Part shown: positions 27,053 to 39,545 of the stretch, one piece after another
How the letters are laid out: each line of letters starts with the position of its first letter
Numbering within the stretch: the stretch's first letter is position 1
Program-made: the position numbers and the translations under genes
The notes under the pieces: model-generated
Databases searched by the model: none
What the model saw: only the letters and a program-made list of their open reading frames with translations
Told to the model about the DNA's origin: nothing
Source of the DNA: Callorhinchus milii
Taxonomy: Eukaryota
DNA length: 64,000 bases
Assembly: GCF_018977255.1 (NCBI RefSeq)
Contig: NW_024704743.1
Span: 50,408,001 to 50,472,000 of the forward strand
Direction of reading: 5' to 3'

Positions 27053-27592
27053 CTGGCTCAGTTGGTAGCACTCTTACATATGAGTCATAACATTGTGGGT
27101 TCTAAGCCCCGCATGAGGATTTGGCACTCATCTACCCTAGGCTGATGCTCCAGTACAGTGCTGGGGTGCGCTGCATTCATGGAGGTGCAGTCGTTCAAAT
27201 GATGTTGAACTGAGGCCTAGGCTGCCTGTTCAGGTGACATTAAAGATCCCATGACATTATTCAAAAAGTGAATGGAGTTTCTCTGTGTGTCCTGGCCAAC
27301 AATCCCCCAGATAGAATTGATCCCTTACTTCATGGCTGATTGTGCAACATCGCTGCGTGAAAATTGGCTACCGTGTTTGCTCACAAATTACACAGTCACC
27401 ACACTTTATAGAATATCCTTTTGCCCACAAAATATACAGTCAATTCACTTACAATATATTCTGTGAAGCTCTTTGAGACGCCTCAACGACACGATAAAGT
27501 GCTATATCAAATGCAAGGATTATTATTATTATCCTGTGAAAAACTTTGGGACATCCTCCAGATGTGAAAGGCGCTAAAACAAATGCAAGTCT
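27053..27592 (+). mobile_element. older SacSINE1/DeuSINE-type SINE with a younger SINE tail nested at 27421-27530
   Basis: ggctcagttggtagcactct..tgagtca head; Deu-like core ggaggtgc..caggtgacattaaagatcccatg. Confidence 0.8.
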
Positions 27593-28052
27593 GGTGACCA
27601 AAGGCGCAGTCGAAAAAAAAGGTCTTCAGCAGAGACCTGAAAATAGGAAGAGAGGGAGCGAGGCGAAGGGAGTGAGAAAGGGAGTTCCAGAGCTTCGGGG
27701 CGTAGTGGCTGAAGGCACGGCTGCCGAGTGTGGAGCGGAGGATTCGGGGGACGAGGAGGAGGCCAGACCCGATGGAGCAAAGGCAACGGGCACTGTTGCG
27801 AGGAGAGAGGAGGTCAGAGAGGTAGGGGATTGCAGAGGACTGGAGGGATTTGAAGATAATGGTGAGGATCTTGAAATCGATCCTCTCTGGGACAGGCAGC
27901 CAGTGCAGTCTGGCAAGGACCGGGGTGATCGGGGAGTGGAGTTTTGTGAAGGTGAGAATGCGGGCGGCAGAGTCTTGAATAATCTGGATTTTGTGGATGG
28001 TGGTGAAGGGGAGGCCGGCGAGGAGGGCTTCAGAATAGTCCAGCCGAGAGGT
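27592..28052 (-). mobile_element. L2 RT C-terminal fragment
   Basis: [32 protein letters not shown]. Confidence 0.9.
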
Positions 28053-29534
28053 CCCCCCTCTCCCACACAACACTCCCAATCCCCCCAACCCCACCCCCGC
28101 GCTGTCTCCCATAGCCCACAGGCTGACGCTGCCCCACTGATTGCTCACTCTCGGTTTCTGAGTGTTTTGGCTGCCGCCCCGACCGGAGTCGCTCTCCCTG
28201 AAAATGTTTCTGCTCCCACCCCCACACTTCACTACTCCCACTTTGTCCTTTTCTCTTACTGCCCTCCTCACCTCCTCTATCTTCTGGATCCCACCATTGC
28301 CTCCCTCTGCTCCAGCCTGGGCATCCTCCGCCAGACCCATTGTGGCTTCTGGTGTTGGTTGTCCCAGAGCAGCCACCTCAACTGTCACATCGCTCACTGT
28401 CTCTGCAGCAGCCCTGCTCCTCAAATTCCATGGCCACTTCTCCCCCACAACCTCAAATCCTCTCTATACTACTCTCTCCATCACCGCCCCGCACCAGCAA
28501 ACCTATCCGCATTTCCCGCCAAAATGTCCGCTCCCTCTCCAATAAAGCCCTTACCATCCATGACCTCATCCTGGATCAGCACATTGATATTCACTGACTG
28601 TCCCTAATCCCAAATGCAGCCGAAACTCTCATGCCTGCATTTGTTACCTCCCTCTTGGATTACTCCAACGCACTCCTCGCCAGTCTCCCCAACTCCACCA
28701 TTTGGGATTGTGGAGTCCTGTAGCTCAGTGGTTAGAGCACTTGCTTTGCAAGCAAGAGACCTGAGTTCAATTCCAGGCAGGGCGAAACCTTGGGCAAGTT
28801 TCCTTACTCCACACAGAGCCTAATAATAATCCCTCCAAAACCAAACGCAATAATAAATTGGTCATTTTCAATCTACGACTGTTTGTGTGACATTGCTGTG
28901 CGCAATTGGCTGCCGCGTTCGCCCACAAATATACAGTCAATTCACTTTACAGTGTGTTCTGTGAAGCGCTTTGGGACGTCCTCCCGACGTGAAAAGCGCT
29001 ATATCAAATGCAAGGATTATTATTATTATTATTCACAAGGTCCAGCTCATTCAAAACACTGCTGCCCACATACCGACCCAAACTAAACTCGCGTACCACA
29101 TCTCACCAGTTCTGGCCAGGCTCCACGGCCTCCCCATCACAAAATAGATCGACTTCAAGATCCTCACTCTCGTGTTCAAATCCCTTCACTCTCTGGCACT
29201 TCCCTATCTCCCTGACCTCCACACTTTCCAATCCACGACCCGGCTCCTCTGCTCGACTGGCAGCGGCCTCCTGCTCATCCCTCGCACCCTCCACCCCATT
29301 ATCAGAGGTCGTGCTTTCAGCCACTATGCCCCAAACTCTGGAGCACTTTATTTCAATCCCTCCGCCTTGTCCCGCTCTCCCCTCCTTCAAGTCCCGCCTG
29401 AAAACTTTCCTCTTCGACCGTGCTTATGGCCACCTCCCTCTCTCCCCGGCTCGGAGTCAGGCTCCGGCACTGTTAAGTGCTCTGACACGCTACCCTGTGT
29501 GGAGGGCGCTATATAAGTGCAAGTTGTTGTTGTT
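28053..29534 (+). mobile_element. internally deleted L2 (5' leader/APE start fused to RT C-terminus and tail), interrupted by a SINE at 28710-29033
   Basis: [16 protein letters not shown] and QNVRSLSNKALTIHDLILD (APE start) jump at ~28600 to AAETL..LDYSN; L2 tail at ~29470-29534. Confidence 0.85.
28710..29033 (+). mobile_element. tRNA-derived SINE (short form, young), inserted in L2
   Basis: near-identical to the 14123 copy. Confidence 0.93.
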
Positions 29535-31267
29535 AATATGGAAATCCATTTTCTTATTAATGTAACAGATATATGTGAATTTAGTCAAATCTTATATCAT
29601 ATTATTGCTCGCAGTAACAATATAATTGTCAGATTTCATAAAGGTGAAACACAACTAGTTAAAAGGGAGTCTCAAATCTTAATCATTCTAATAATCATAG
29701 GTAAATTGGATATGATTTACATACATCATTGATACATTATCCTCATTAACATAATGAATAGATCTGCTGAATTTCATAAAGGAAAGACGTAATGGTTTTA
29801 AGCCTTTAATGAAGCTTTAAAACAGAAGGTGCAGTGTGTCACGTGATGATAGGAAGCTCACTTATGGCCACTGTGGCAACTTACCCAGCAGTTCTGCCAA
29901 AAGAAAGTTCTCCAAAGGGCAATGACAGATTTTGCTATTCTGAGCAAGGATGACAGTCCAGGAACTGATTTCTTAACTCCTCCCAATGGCCAGCTCACCA
30001 GTGGTTTTTTTGTAAAGGCCCAAATGTATTTTTTTTAAATAAAGGCCTGGGGATGAGTTATTGTTCATACCAGGAAGAGAAGCGAAGAGAGGAATGCAAA
30101 CAAAATTGCAAAAGAAAATGTGAATGCAGAATTTTTCAGCATCTCCTTTCAACTCTGCCTGTGTAGTTCAGTTATAAAGCTCTCAGAGCTGATAGATCTG
30201 ATGTTGGTTTTATCATTAAACGACTGAGTTACTTTGTCCAGTTACTCCAGAGGTAGAGTCATTTCTGAACTAAAGATGAAGTGATTGAATTTTCACCATG
30301 AGCACAGCTGTCACTGGGGAAATTGTTTTTAAAATTTCATTTGAGCATTCCGGATCAAATGTTCTGATAGTGGGAGTAAGTCGGAGTCATCGCGCTGAAT
30401 ACTGGTTGTAGGAACTTCTTACAGAGAGGATTCTCTGAACTTCAGCTCCCAACAGCTTTGACTTTCTGTATATGGCAGGCTAACTTTTTGTAAATGGCTG
30501 GCTGCTGCTCAGTCAAACACTAACCTTTTCCAGTGGTGCCATAGTTAATGTAAGGTTTCAGCTCTGCAGTATGAACTGATTGAATTTCTATTGTGAATAT
30601 AGCTGTAGAAATTAGGTAAATACCATAGAAATGGGGGAAATATTATAGAAAGAGGGAAAATTCAATGTTTCTCAAAACTATTCTCAATCTACAGAACTAT
30701 CATGAGCTGCTTCTTTCTAGATTTTCTTAGTTATCTCAGACAGGATACAAAGCACTGATACTCGTAATTAGAAACGGCTTGTCATGATCATCAGGAAGGG
30801 TCTTTGAAAAGATCTTACAAAACATTTATTCTAGCATATTTCAAGGACTCCTCCAAATACTATTATTTCTAATCTGGAGGTACGACATGTTGTCTTAACA
30901 GCACATTACAACTTTAACCCGAGAAAGATGATCCCTGGCTTCTGGGGAATTAATCTATTTCTTTAATGGAACAGATATCATTTGGTGTGGCTTTAATGTA
31001 ATTTCAGCAAGCTCATTACAGTAGCTACACTATGTTTGTATCAATCAATTTAATGGAAAATTAAGTGATACACTCCATGGAGCAAATATTTCTCAAAACT
31101 ATTCTCAATTTACAGAACTATTATGAGCTGCTTCTTTCTAGATTTTCTTAGTTATCTCAGACAGGATCAAAGCGCTGATACTCGTAATTAGAAAGGGATT
31201 GTCATGATCATCAGGAAATCATCTTTCTCCTATTGAAACCAAGTATTGCAATAGGAAGGCACAAATT

Positions 31268-31540
31268 GTGTCAGCTTGGCTCAGTTGATAGCACCATCGT
31301 CTATGAGTCAGAAGGTTGTGGGTTTAAACCCGTGAAGAGACACCGAACCCCAAATCTAGACTGACACTCCAGTGCGGTGCTGGGTTAGGGTTAGTGTTAG
31401 GAAAAAATAAAATAAAAGGGAAGTTTTTCTAGTTACCAGGCCACAATCCCCCAAATATAGTTAGCCATTCATTTGCTTTGAGACATTCGTCTGACATGAA
31501 AGGCATTCTATCGAATGTAATGATTATTGTTACTATTATT
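31268..31540 (+). mobile_element. SacSINE1/DeuSINE-type SINE, internally deleted
   Basis: gtcagcttggctcagttgatagcac..tgagtcagaaggttgtggg head. Confidence 0.75.
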
Positions 31541-31601
31541 ATAAATAGCGCGTCCTGTCCTGTCAATAACCCCATTTCTCAGGAACGCCACTCCGATGCA
31601 C

Positions 31602-34600
31602 CAACAACAACAACAACAACAAGATTCCATTTATAGAGCACCTTTCACGTCGGGAGGACGTCCCAAGGCGCTGGACAGTTGGGTCAGGACCCGAGCAGGG
31701 GGTAAATGGTCAGGGTGAGGGGAGGGAAGGGAGGGAGCGAGGAGGGGGTAGAGAGTCGAGAGGGGAGCTGAAGGCACGGTCAAAGAGAAAGGTCTTGAGA
31801 CCGGCCTTGAAAGAGGAAAGGGAGGAGGCGGCGAAGGCACTGGGGGATAGAGTTCCAGAGGGGGCTGAGAGGCTGAAGGCCCGACCACCGATGGTAGGGC
31901 GGTTGGGGCGGGGGATGTGGAGCAGACTGGAGCCAGAGGAACGGAGGGTACGGGCAGGTATGTAGGGGGATAGTAGGTCGGAGAGGTAGGAGGGAGCGAG
32001 CCCGTGAATGGCCTTGTAGGTGAGGATGAGGATCTTAAATTCGATCCTCTGGGGGATGGGGACGCAGTGGAGGCGAGCGAGGGTGGGAGTGATGTGGTCC
32101 CGAAGCCTGGTGCGGGACAGTACACGAGCTGCAGAGTTCTGAATGACCTGCAGCTTGTGGAGGGAGGTGGCGGGAAGGCCGGCGAGGAGAGAGTTCCCAT
32201 AGTCCAGCCTTGAGGTGATAAAGGCGTGGACCAGAGTTTCAGCAGCGTGAGGGGTGAGGTAGTGCCGTAGTCTGGCGATATTCCGGAGGTGATGGAAGGA
32301 GGTGCCAGTTGTGGTGCGGATATGAGGGAGAAAGGACAGCTCAGGGTCGAACAGAACCCCGAGGATCCTGACTGGCTTTGAGAGGTGGAGAGTGCAGCCT
32401 TGGATGCTGATGGTGTCAGCGCCTGAGGTGCGGAGGCGCTGACGTGAGCCAATCAGGAGGGTCTCGGTTTTACGCACGTTGAGCTGAAGAAAGTTGTCTC
32501 TCGTCCAGGACTCGATGTCGGACAGGCAGGCTGTCAGGACATCGGTGGTCGTGGAGTTGAGGGTAGAGGAGGAAAGGTAGAGTTGGGTGTCATCCGCATA
32601 CATGTGGAAGTTAACCCCATGTCTGCGGATGACGTCACCAAGGGGGAGCATATAGAGGGTGAAGAGGAGGGGACTGAGGACAGAGCCTTGAGGGACACCG
32701 CACGAGACAGTGCGGGGGCCGGAGGAAAAACCATTCGTGGAAACAAAGTGAAGACAGTGGGAGAGTTACGACCTAAACCACTCAAGGACAGAGCCTTGAA
32801 GGTTGAGATGGGAGGACAAGCGGTGGAGGAGGTGGTGGGTTTCAGGGATAGGATGAGTTTGGTGACAGAGGGTGGGGAAACGGGTACGAAAGTGTGTAGG
32901 GGAGGATGGGTAGGAGTCGGAGTGTGGGAGGGAAGGGGTGGGGGGTGGGTGGATGTTGGAGGGGAAGTGACCGCAGAGTGAATTCCCTTGATTTTGGATT
33001 CAAGGAAATCCAGCATCTCCTCGCAGTGAAGGTTGGAGGAGATGACCTGCGCGGGGTGGCGGGGGGGACGGAGGAGTCGGGATGTGGTAGAAAACAGTAG
33101 CCTGGGGTTGTTCTTCGCCTCCAGGATTATCCTGGAGTAGAAGGACGATTTGGCCGAGGCTAGAGTGGAGCGGTAGATTTTGAGGAGGTCCAGCCAGATT
33201 TGTCGGTGGACCGTTAGGCCAGATTTGACAGGTGCGTTCAGCGGCCCGCACCTGGCTCTTCAGTGAGCGGAGGTGGGTGGTGAACCAGGGGGAGGAGCAG
33301 AGTAGGAGACAGTACGGGAGGTGATGGGGCAAGAGTATCGAGTGTGGAGGAGAGGGTGTTGTGGAGGAGGGTGAGAGGAGAAGAGGGGTCAGTGAGGGTT
33401 GAAGGCCAGAGGGAGAGGAGTTCAGAGGACTCCAAGGCAGCGGTTAGGGATTGTGGGGGTAACTTCTTCCAGGGGCGGTAGAAGATGGTGGTGGGTCTGG
33501 TGGAGGTGGTGAAGGAGATGAAGTGGTGGTCGGAGACGGCCTTGTCGGTGATAGTGACATCCGAGACACTGAGGCCCCGGGTGATCACCAAGTCGAGTGG
33601 GTGGCCGTGACTGTGAGTGGGGGAGTTGATGTGGAGGGAGAGGTTGAGCGAGGAGAGCAGGGAAGAGAAATCTGAGGAGATGGAGCAGGAGGGGGTGAAG
33701 TGCAGGTTGAAGTTGCCCAGGATGATGAGGCGATCAGAGCAGAGGCAGAGAGGTGTAAGAAGTGTCGAAATATTGGAGATGAAGGTGGGAGAGGTTTTAG
33801 GGGGCCAGTAGAGGAGGAGGATTTTGAGCGAGAGGAAGGAGGGGTGGGAGAGGGTGAGGTGCTCGAAAGACGGGAAAGAGCCAGAAGAGTAGGGGGATAG
33901 GGCAAGTGGTGTCCTTGAGATAAGGGCTACACCACCGCCACGGCGGTTGGGGCGAGGGATGTGGTGGGAGGTGTAGCCGGGTGGTGTGGCCTCCGTGAGG
34001 GGGAAGGTGTCGCCTGGGGTGAGCCAGGTTTCCGTTAAGGCCATGATGTCAACGCTCTCATCAAGGATGAGATCGTTGATGACCAGGGCCTTGTTACAGA
34101 GGGAGCGGACGTTTTGTAGTCCGATGTGGAGGGAGCGGTTGACAGAAGGGTGTGTGGGAGGGGAGGGGGGTCCAGGTTGTGAGGCAGGGGTTGGGGAAAT
34201 GGCGATAAGGGAGGAGAGGTTGGCTCACCGGGTCTCTGTCCGGGGTGGCTGCCGAGTCTGGTGGGGAATGGGGCAGTCGGTGTGGCTGCTGCTGGACAGC
34301 CAACGCCGAGTGCCACGGTGAGCCCGGCGGAGGATTCCCAGGCTGGAACAGAGGGAGGTTGTAGGAGGGTCAAGTGGGGATAGAAAGCGAGAGGGATGGA
34401 GAGAGAGGAGGACAGAGCGGGAGAGATGCAGAGGGGAGAGGCTTTGGGGGTAGAGAGGAGGGAGGGGTTGAGGGGGCTCGGGTCAAAGCGGCAGCCATAG
34501 TGCGCACGCGGGGACCGGGAGCGAGCGGTCAGGTGGATGGCATTATCCCATATGCTGTAGCTGGGGCAGCCAACCCAACAGGACCATGGTGGGCTCTGAT
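31602..34600 (-). mobile_element. L2-clade LINE, near full length, with ~430-bp internal deletion; same subfamily as 15481-18163; 5' end approximate
   Basis: LQNVRSL..MALTETW..RRGGGVA APE N-terminus, YADD RT, (AAC)n tail on + strand; colinear with the + copy. Confidence 0.95.
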
Positions 34601-35759
34601 GTGAGCCCGGGGGGGTGGGTGGGGGGGGCGCTGAGGTTTTGTTTTTTTTGCGCGCGCACACTCCTGAAAACTAAACTAGGCAGTAAATCAGGTCAGAGCT
34701 GAATTCCCATGAGTCAGGGTGACACGTGTCCAGTTACTGACATGAGTTGCTATTTGCATTTTAGACCCCAATACTTAGTGATTAGGAAATCACATCTACG
34801 GAGGGTGGGGTGGGGGGGGGGGGGCACTAGGTTGTGGACATGTGGAAAAAACAGTGTACAATATCTTAATGTAACAGACAATTCCAAATCATTTTTCCAA
34901 CTTAGCAGTATGTGCAGGTCACAATGACTTCATCAAATACATTTAAATTAAACAATGTGATGAACAAAACATTTATTCTAGCATATTTCAAGGACTCCTC
35001 CAAGTATCTCTCAGTTCTAATCTGGAAGTATGACATATTGCCTTAACAACACATTGCAACTTTAACCCGAGAAAGGTGATCTGGCTTATGGGGGATGAAT
35101 CTATTTCTTTAAAGGAACAGATATCATTTGGTGTGGCTCTAATGTAATTTCAGCAAGCTCATTACAGTAGTTACACTATGTTTATATAAATCATTTTGAT
35201 AGAAAATTAAGTGAGACACTCCATGGAGCAAATAATTGTGACTTTTCATTATGCTTAGATTGGGTGATGGGGAAGAGTATGGTGTGCAGCATAAAATGCA
35301 CAAATTGGTATTAACCTACTTATAGTCGAGAAATCCCAGTTTTATTCCAGATATGCATTGATAAAACTCACAATAAAGAGAGCCGTATCACCTCTGTACC
35401 AAGAGGCAATAGCAATAGTACATGCCAGCATCTTCTCATCCAAAGCTGAATACTAAACAGTTTGGCTGCATGCTATAATGGCAGCACTGCCTTTCATCAA
35501 CAATGACCGAAGGCATGTATTGAGATGTACTGTCACGTCTGCTAAGTGCAGAGCCTTCCAGTGGAGTGGAATAGATCGAGATTCTGGCTGAAGGAATTCA
35601 ATGTTTGGTTAAGTTATAAGATTTTTGAACTGCAAATATTATATGGTGCATTGCTTTCAAAAAAAGGCCCATTGTATCCGTTCGCCCACAAAGCAATCAC
35701 TGCACTTTACAGTATATCCTTGAAGCATTTTGGGTCATCCGCCTGACATGAAAATCACT

Positions 35760-36951
35760 ATACAACAACTTGCATTGATATAGCGCCCTTTACACGGGGT
35801 AGCATCCTGGAGCGCTTCACAGTGGCGAAGTCTGACACCGGGCCAGGGGGAGAGGTAGGGGGGGAAGTGACGGTAAGCACAATCTAAAAGGAAGTTGTTT
35901 AGGTGGGATTTGAATGTAGGGGAGGGGAGTGGGCAAGGTGGAACGATTAGGGAGAGAGTTCCAGAGTTTCGGGTCGTAGTGGCTGTAGGCATGGCTGATG
36001 ATGGTGGAGTGGAGAAGAGGGGCAAAATGGAGGCCGAAGCCAGATGAGTGGAGGCTAAGCAGGTTGGATAGGTAGGGAGGTGCGAGAGCATGAAGGAATT
36101 TGAAAATGAGTGAGAGGATCTTGAAATCAATCCGTTCAGGGATTGAGAGCCAGTTGGAGCCTGGCAAGGACTGGGGTGATGGGGGTATGGAGTTTTGTGA
36201 GGTCAAGTATCCGGGCGGCAGAGTTCTTAATTAAATGAATTTTGTGTATGGTGGAGCTGGGGAAACCAGCGAGGAGGGCATTGGAATAGTCTAGCTGGGA
36301 AGTGATAAAGGCTTGGCCAATGGTTTCAGCTGTGTCAGTTATGAGATACAGACAGAGGCGGGCAATGTGATGGAGGTCGAAAAAAGAAGTCCTTGTCAGG
36401 GAATGGATATGTGTTAGAAAGGAAAGCTGGGTATCGAACCTGACACCTAAGTTGCGCACAGGTTCGGAGAGTCTAAGGGAGAGCACGGGGAGGTGGAGAA
36501 GTTCATACTCGCAAGAAAGATGTTGAGGGAGCCAAAGAGTACGGCTTCCGTCTTACCGACATTCAGCTGCAGGAAATTAGCACTCATCCAGGCCTTGATA
36601 TCCATCAAACAAGCTGACAGAACATCAGCGGACTGGGAGTCGCAGCTGAAGTAGAATTGGGTGTCATCCGCATACATGTGGAAGTTGACCCAAGTCTGTG
36701 GATGACATCGGCAAGAGGGAGCATGTAGATGAGGAAAAGAAGGGGGCCAAGGATTGGGCCATAAGCTACCACGCAGGTGACGGGGCGGGGGAGGGAGGAG
36801 ACCCATTTGCCAAGATGCATTGTTGGTGGTTTGGTAAGTAGGACTTGAACAATGCTAGTGTGGTCCCACTAAGGTTGATGAGGGAGGAGAGGCAGTGGAG
36901 GAGGATGGCGTGGTTGACTGTGTCTAACACAGCAGAGAGGTCGAGGAGGTC
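35760..36951 (-). mobile_element. L2 LINE 3' fragment (RT), older subfamily
   Basis: [39 protein letters not shown] in broken frames; L2 tail. Confidence 0.9.
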
Positions 36952-37488
36952 ATATACCAAATGTAAGTATTATTATTATTATTATTATCAGCTAGTGCTT
37001 AAGCAGAATGGTGTTTGGCCACAGGACAGGGGTTTAAGGTTGTAACATCAATAATTTAATCTCAAAGATCAGGGTATATAAAAATCACACAATAAATAGA
37101 CACCACTCTAGATGGGGAGGGTGGCAGAAGCCATAGCTGAAGAGAAGGTTTTGAGGGGCAGACTGGCAAAGAATAGGAATTAGGATGAACATGGGCATTT
37201 AAAAGCCTTCACAATTTTGATATCATTTGTAAAAGGGACTTTACATATATGATGTTTCCATTTGGCTTGTGACAAAGATTGCAAAATAATATCATCCTCC
37301 CACTCACCCAATTGATGTTTAAATAGCCACATATTAATTGTTTGTCAGTACTGTACATTGAACACAGAAATAACAAAACAAATGATTCAACATTTTTTTA
37401 ATATAAAAAAGGCTGCACATGAAAATCCAAGAATTTGTATACAAAAATGTTATAAATCTTAAAAAAAAGTCAACAGATGTGTTACAGA

Positions 37489-37494
37489 TTTATT
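37489..37494 (-). terminator. candidate distal poly(A) signal of ICE1 (AATAAA)
   Basis: AATAAA on minus strand, preceded by several UGUA motifs and followed by U/GU-rich sequence; would give a ~2.7-kb 3' UTR. Confidence 0.5.
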
Positions 37495-39358
37495 GAATAG
37501 GCATTTTTTATACACAACCAAAGTTCCACATTGCACCTGTGACTTTGTACAAATAGAGCATTCCCAAACGGAACAAAAATATTCTGAAACAAAGTTTCAT
37601 CTAATTACAAGCATTCACAGAGGGAAAAAAGTACAGTTTTCCATTATGAACAACAATATGTACAAAGTTCTACCAACATAGGGGTTAACCTCTGCTAGGA
37701 AATGAACTGGAAGATGCAATATGTGTATATTTACAAGTTTTTTCCTGCATAAATCTGGAATGGAGCTTAGTGACAAATGTTGCTGCTTGAATCACATGTT
37801 GCAGTTGTGGCCTGATGAAATGGGTTACTTTCAGTTGGTTGATTTACATTCAAAGTACATTGTAATGCTGTAGTTGGGTGATCTCTGTGGGATCTTGACA
37901 AGTCCTCAGCATTTTTAACACCATAAATTCTGTATTATGATTATTGCACCAAATGAAACTGTGAAGTGTAGTACTAATAGTTACCAACTGGACATACTGT
38001 GAATTAATGTGACATGTTGGAAGATTGCATCCTTAACCCTATGCCGTGGGTGCTCCTTGCTGTGCAAGCATTGTGCTGCCTGATTTAGTTTATTTAGGAA
38101 GTTAAGAACCTAATGGCCTAACCATTCAGACTTGTGTGCAACACCTAAGTGCCTCTCAGTGGATTAGCTTTTATATCCCACCATTCCCAGTTAGTAGTTC
38201 TTTAAGCAAAGAATTTGATAATTTACAGAACTGAGACAATAGGTAGTGACCGTTTCATTGATTACATGTAAGGTAAGAAAAAATAACAAACAGTAATGTG
38301 AAGACTATTGGAGTCAAATTTGATATTTCAAACTCACTGGGACTATGAAAAGAGGCCATCACATATCTCTTCCCCATCCCATCTTCTCGTGACATTTATA
38401 GAGTATTCCAGCAGGATTCAATGGCTACTATGTTTCGCCCACAAAATATACAGTCAACCTACTTTACAGGATATTCTGTGAAGCGCTTTGAGACATCTCA
38501 ACAATGTGATAAGGTGCTATATCAAATGCAAGGATTATTATTATAATGTCTTTAGGAGGAGTGGAGAAATTTGTAATAGGAAGGAACTCAATGTTGAAAC
38601 GCCGATGACACCATATTATTGTGGAAATGTTTTTTTGCTGTGTCCTAAAACACTTACATTATTGTATAGTTCAAATGAAAAATAAACTAAAAAATTACAA
38701 ATGTTCATGCTGCAGGTGGTAATTTGGTGTATGGTTCTACGAGTCTCATTAACTCTCCTGGATTCATTCTTATTCGACTTGTGTGGGGGCATCACAGCCA
38801 AACATCCTGTAGTCAACCGATGACCATGCAAATATACTGCATGGGTGCCCAGACACAAACTCATAGGTGTGCGCACATATGCATACACTGGTGCACACAC
38901 AATTTTCAGTGGGAATCAGTGAACAACAATCAGACCTTGGCCTAATTCTCTCCATTCCCCTCCTCCAGTCTATACAAGGGCCAATTGTAGCACCATACCT
39001 GCTGCTCCAGATATTAGATAACTGTCTGATCTGGTTTGCTTATCTTCATTCCACCCTATTTAACCATAGAGACCCCAGGGAAGCCAGGAAAGATGGAGGA
39101 AAACAGAGGAGAGGACAGAAAAAATCTGCTGCAGCATGAACTTTTGGAATGAGTTTTTACAACTTTTAGTTTTTCGTTCAAACTACGATTAAAAGATGAA
39201 CAAGTAGAGAATCCTGGAGAGTGGCCAGCAGTGTTTACCCAGTATTAATTTCCCCTTTGTAACTAGGGTCACTGAAGCCAATTGTAGCAAGCTTAAAGCT
39301 GCCTTGGGTGTGATCATCTAACTGACAAGACTGGGTATGAAACCTGAGACCTTTGGCT

Positions 39359-39545
39359 ACAATAACAACTTGCATTTATATAGCGCCCTTCATGCAGGTA
39401 ACATCTGGGAGCGCGTACTGCAGTGTGATTTGGCGCTGAGCTGGAAAGAGAGGGGAGGTGACTGAAGGCACAGTCAAAGAAGGAATTCTTCAGGGGTGAG
39501 AGAGGGGGCAAGATGGAGGGATGTGGACAACATCTCGGAGCGCTT
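39359..39545 (-). mobile_element. L2 tail fragment in the putative ICE1 3' UTR
   Basis: acaacttgcatttatatagcgccc tail shared with other L2 ends (similar pieces at ~1020-1165, 19495-19552, 51290-51565). Confidence 0.75.

Larger units (their letters stand above)
30668..35234 (+). repeat. interrupted tandem duplication A-B-A'-(inserts)-B'
   Basis: A 30668-30797 ~ A' 31089-31217; B 30817-31088 ~ B' 34964-35234. Confidence 0.9.

Noticed and set aside
26519..27068. Cys/Val-rich ORFs
   Set aside because: Translation of a (TG)n microsatellite
27546..28607. 353-aa ORF (and the 313-aa ORF on the opposite strand) as a novel gene
   Set aside because: Chance fusion of antisense L2 RT and sense L2 leader across an inversion junction
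31383..31401. Interstitial telomeric repeat (also ~10938)
   Set aside because: Only 2-3 imperfect TTAGGG units
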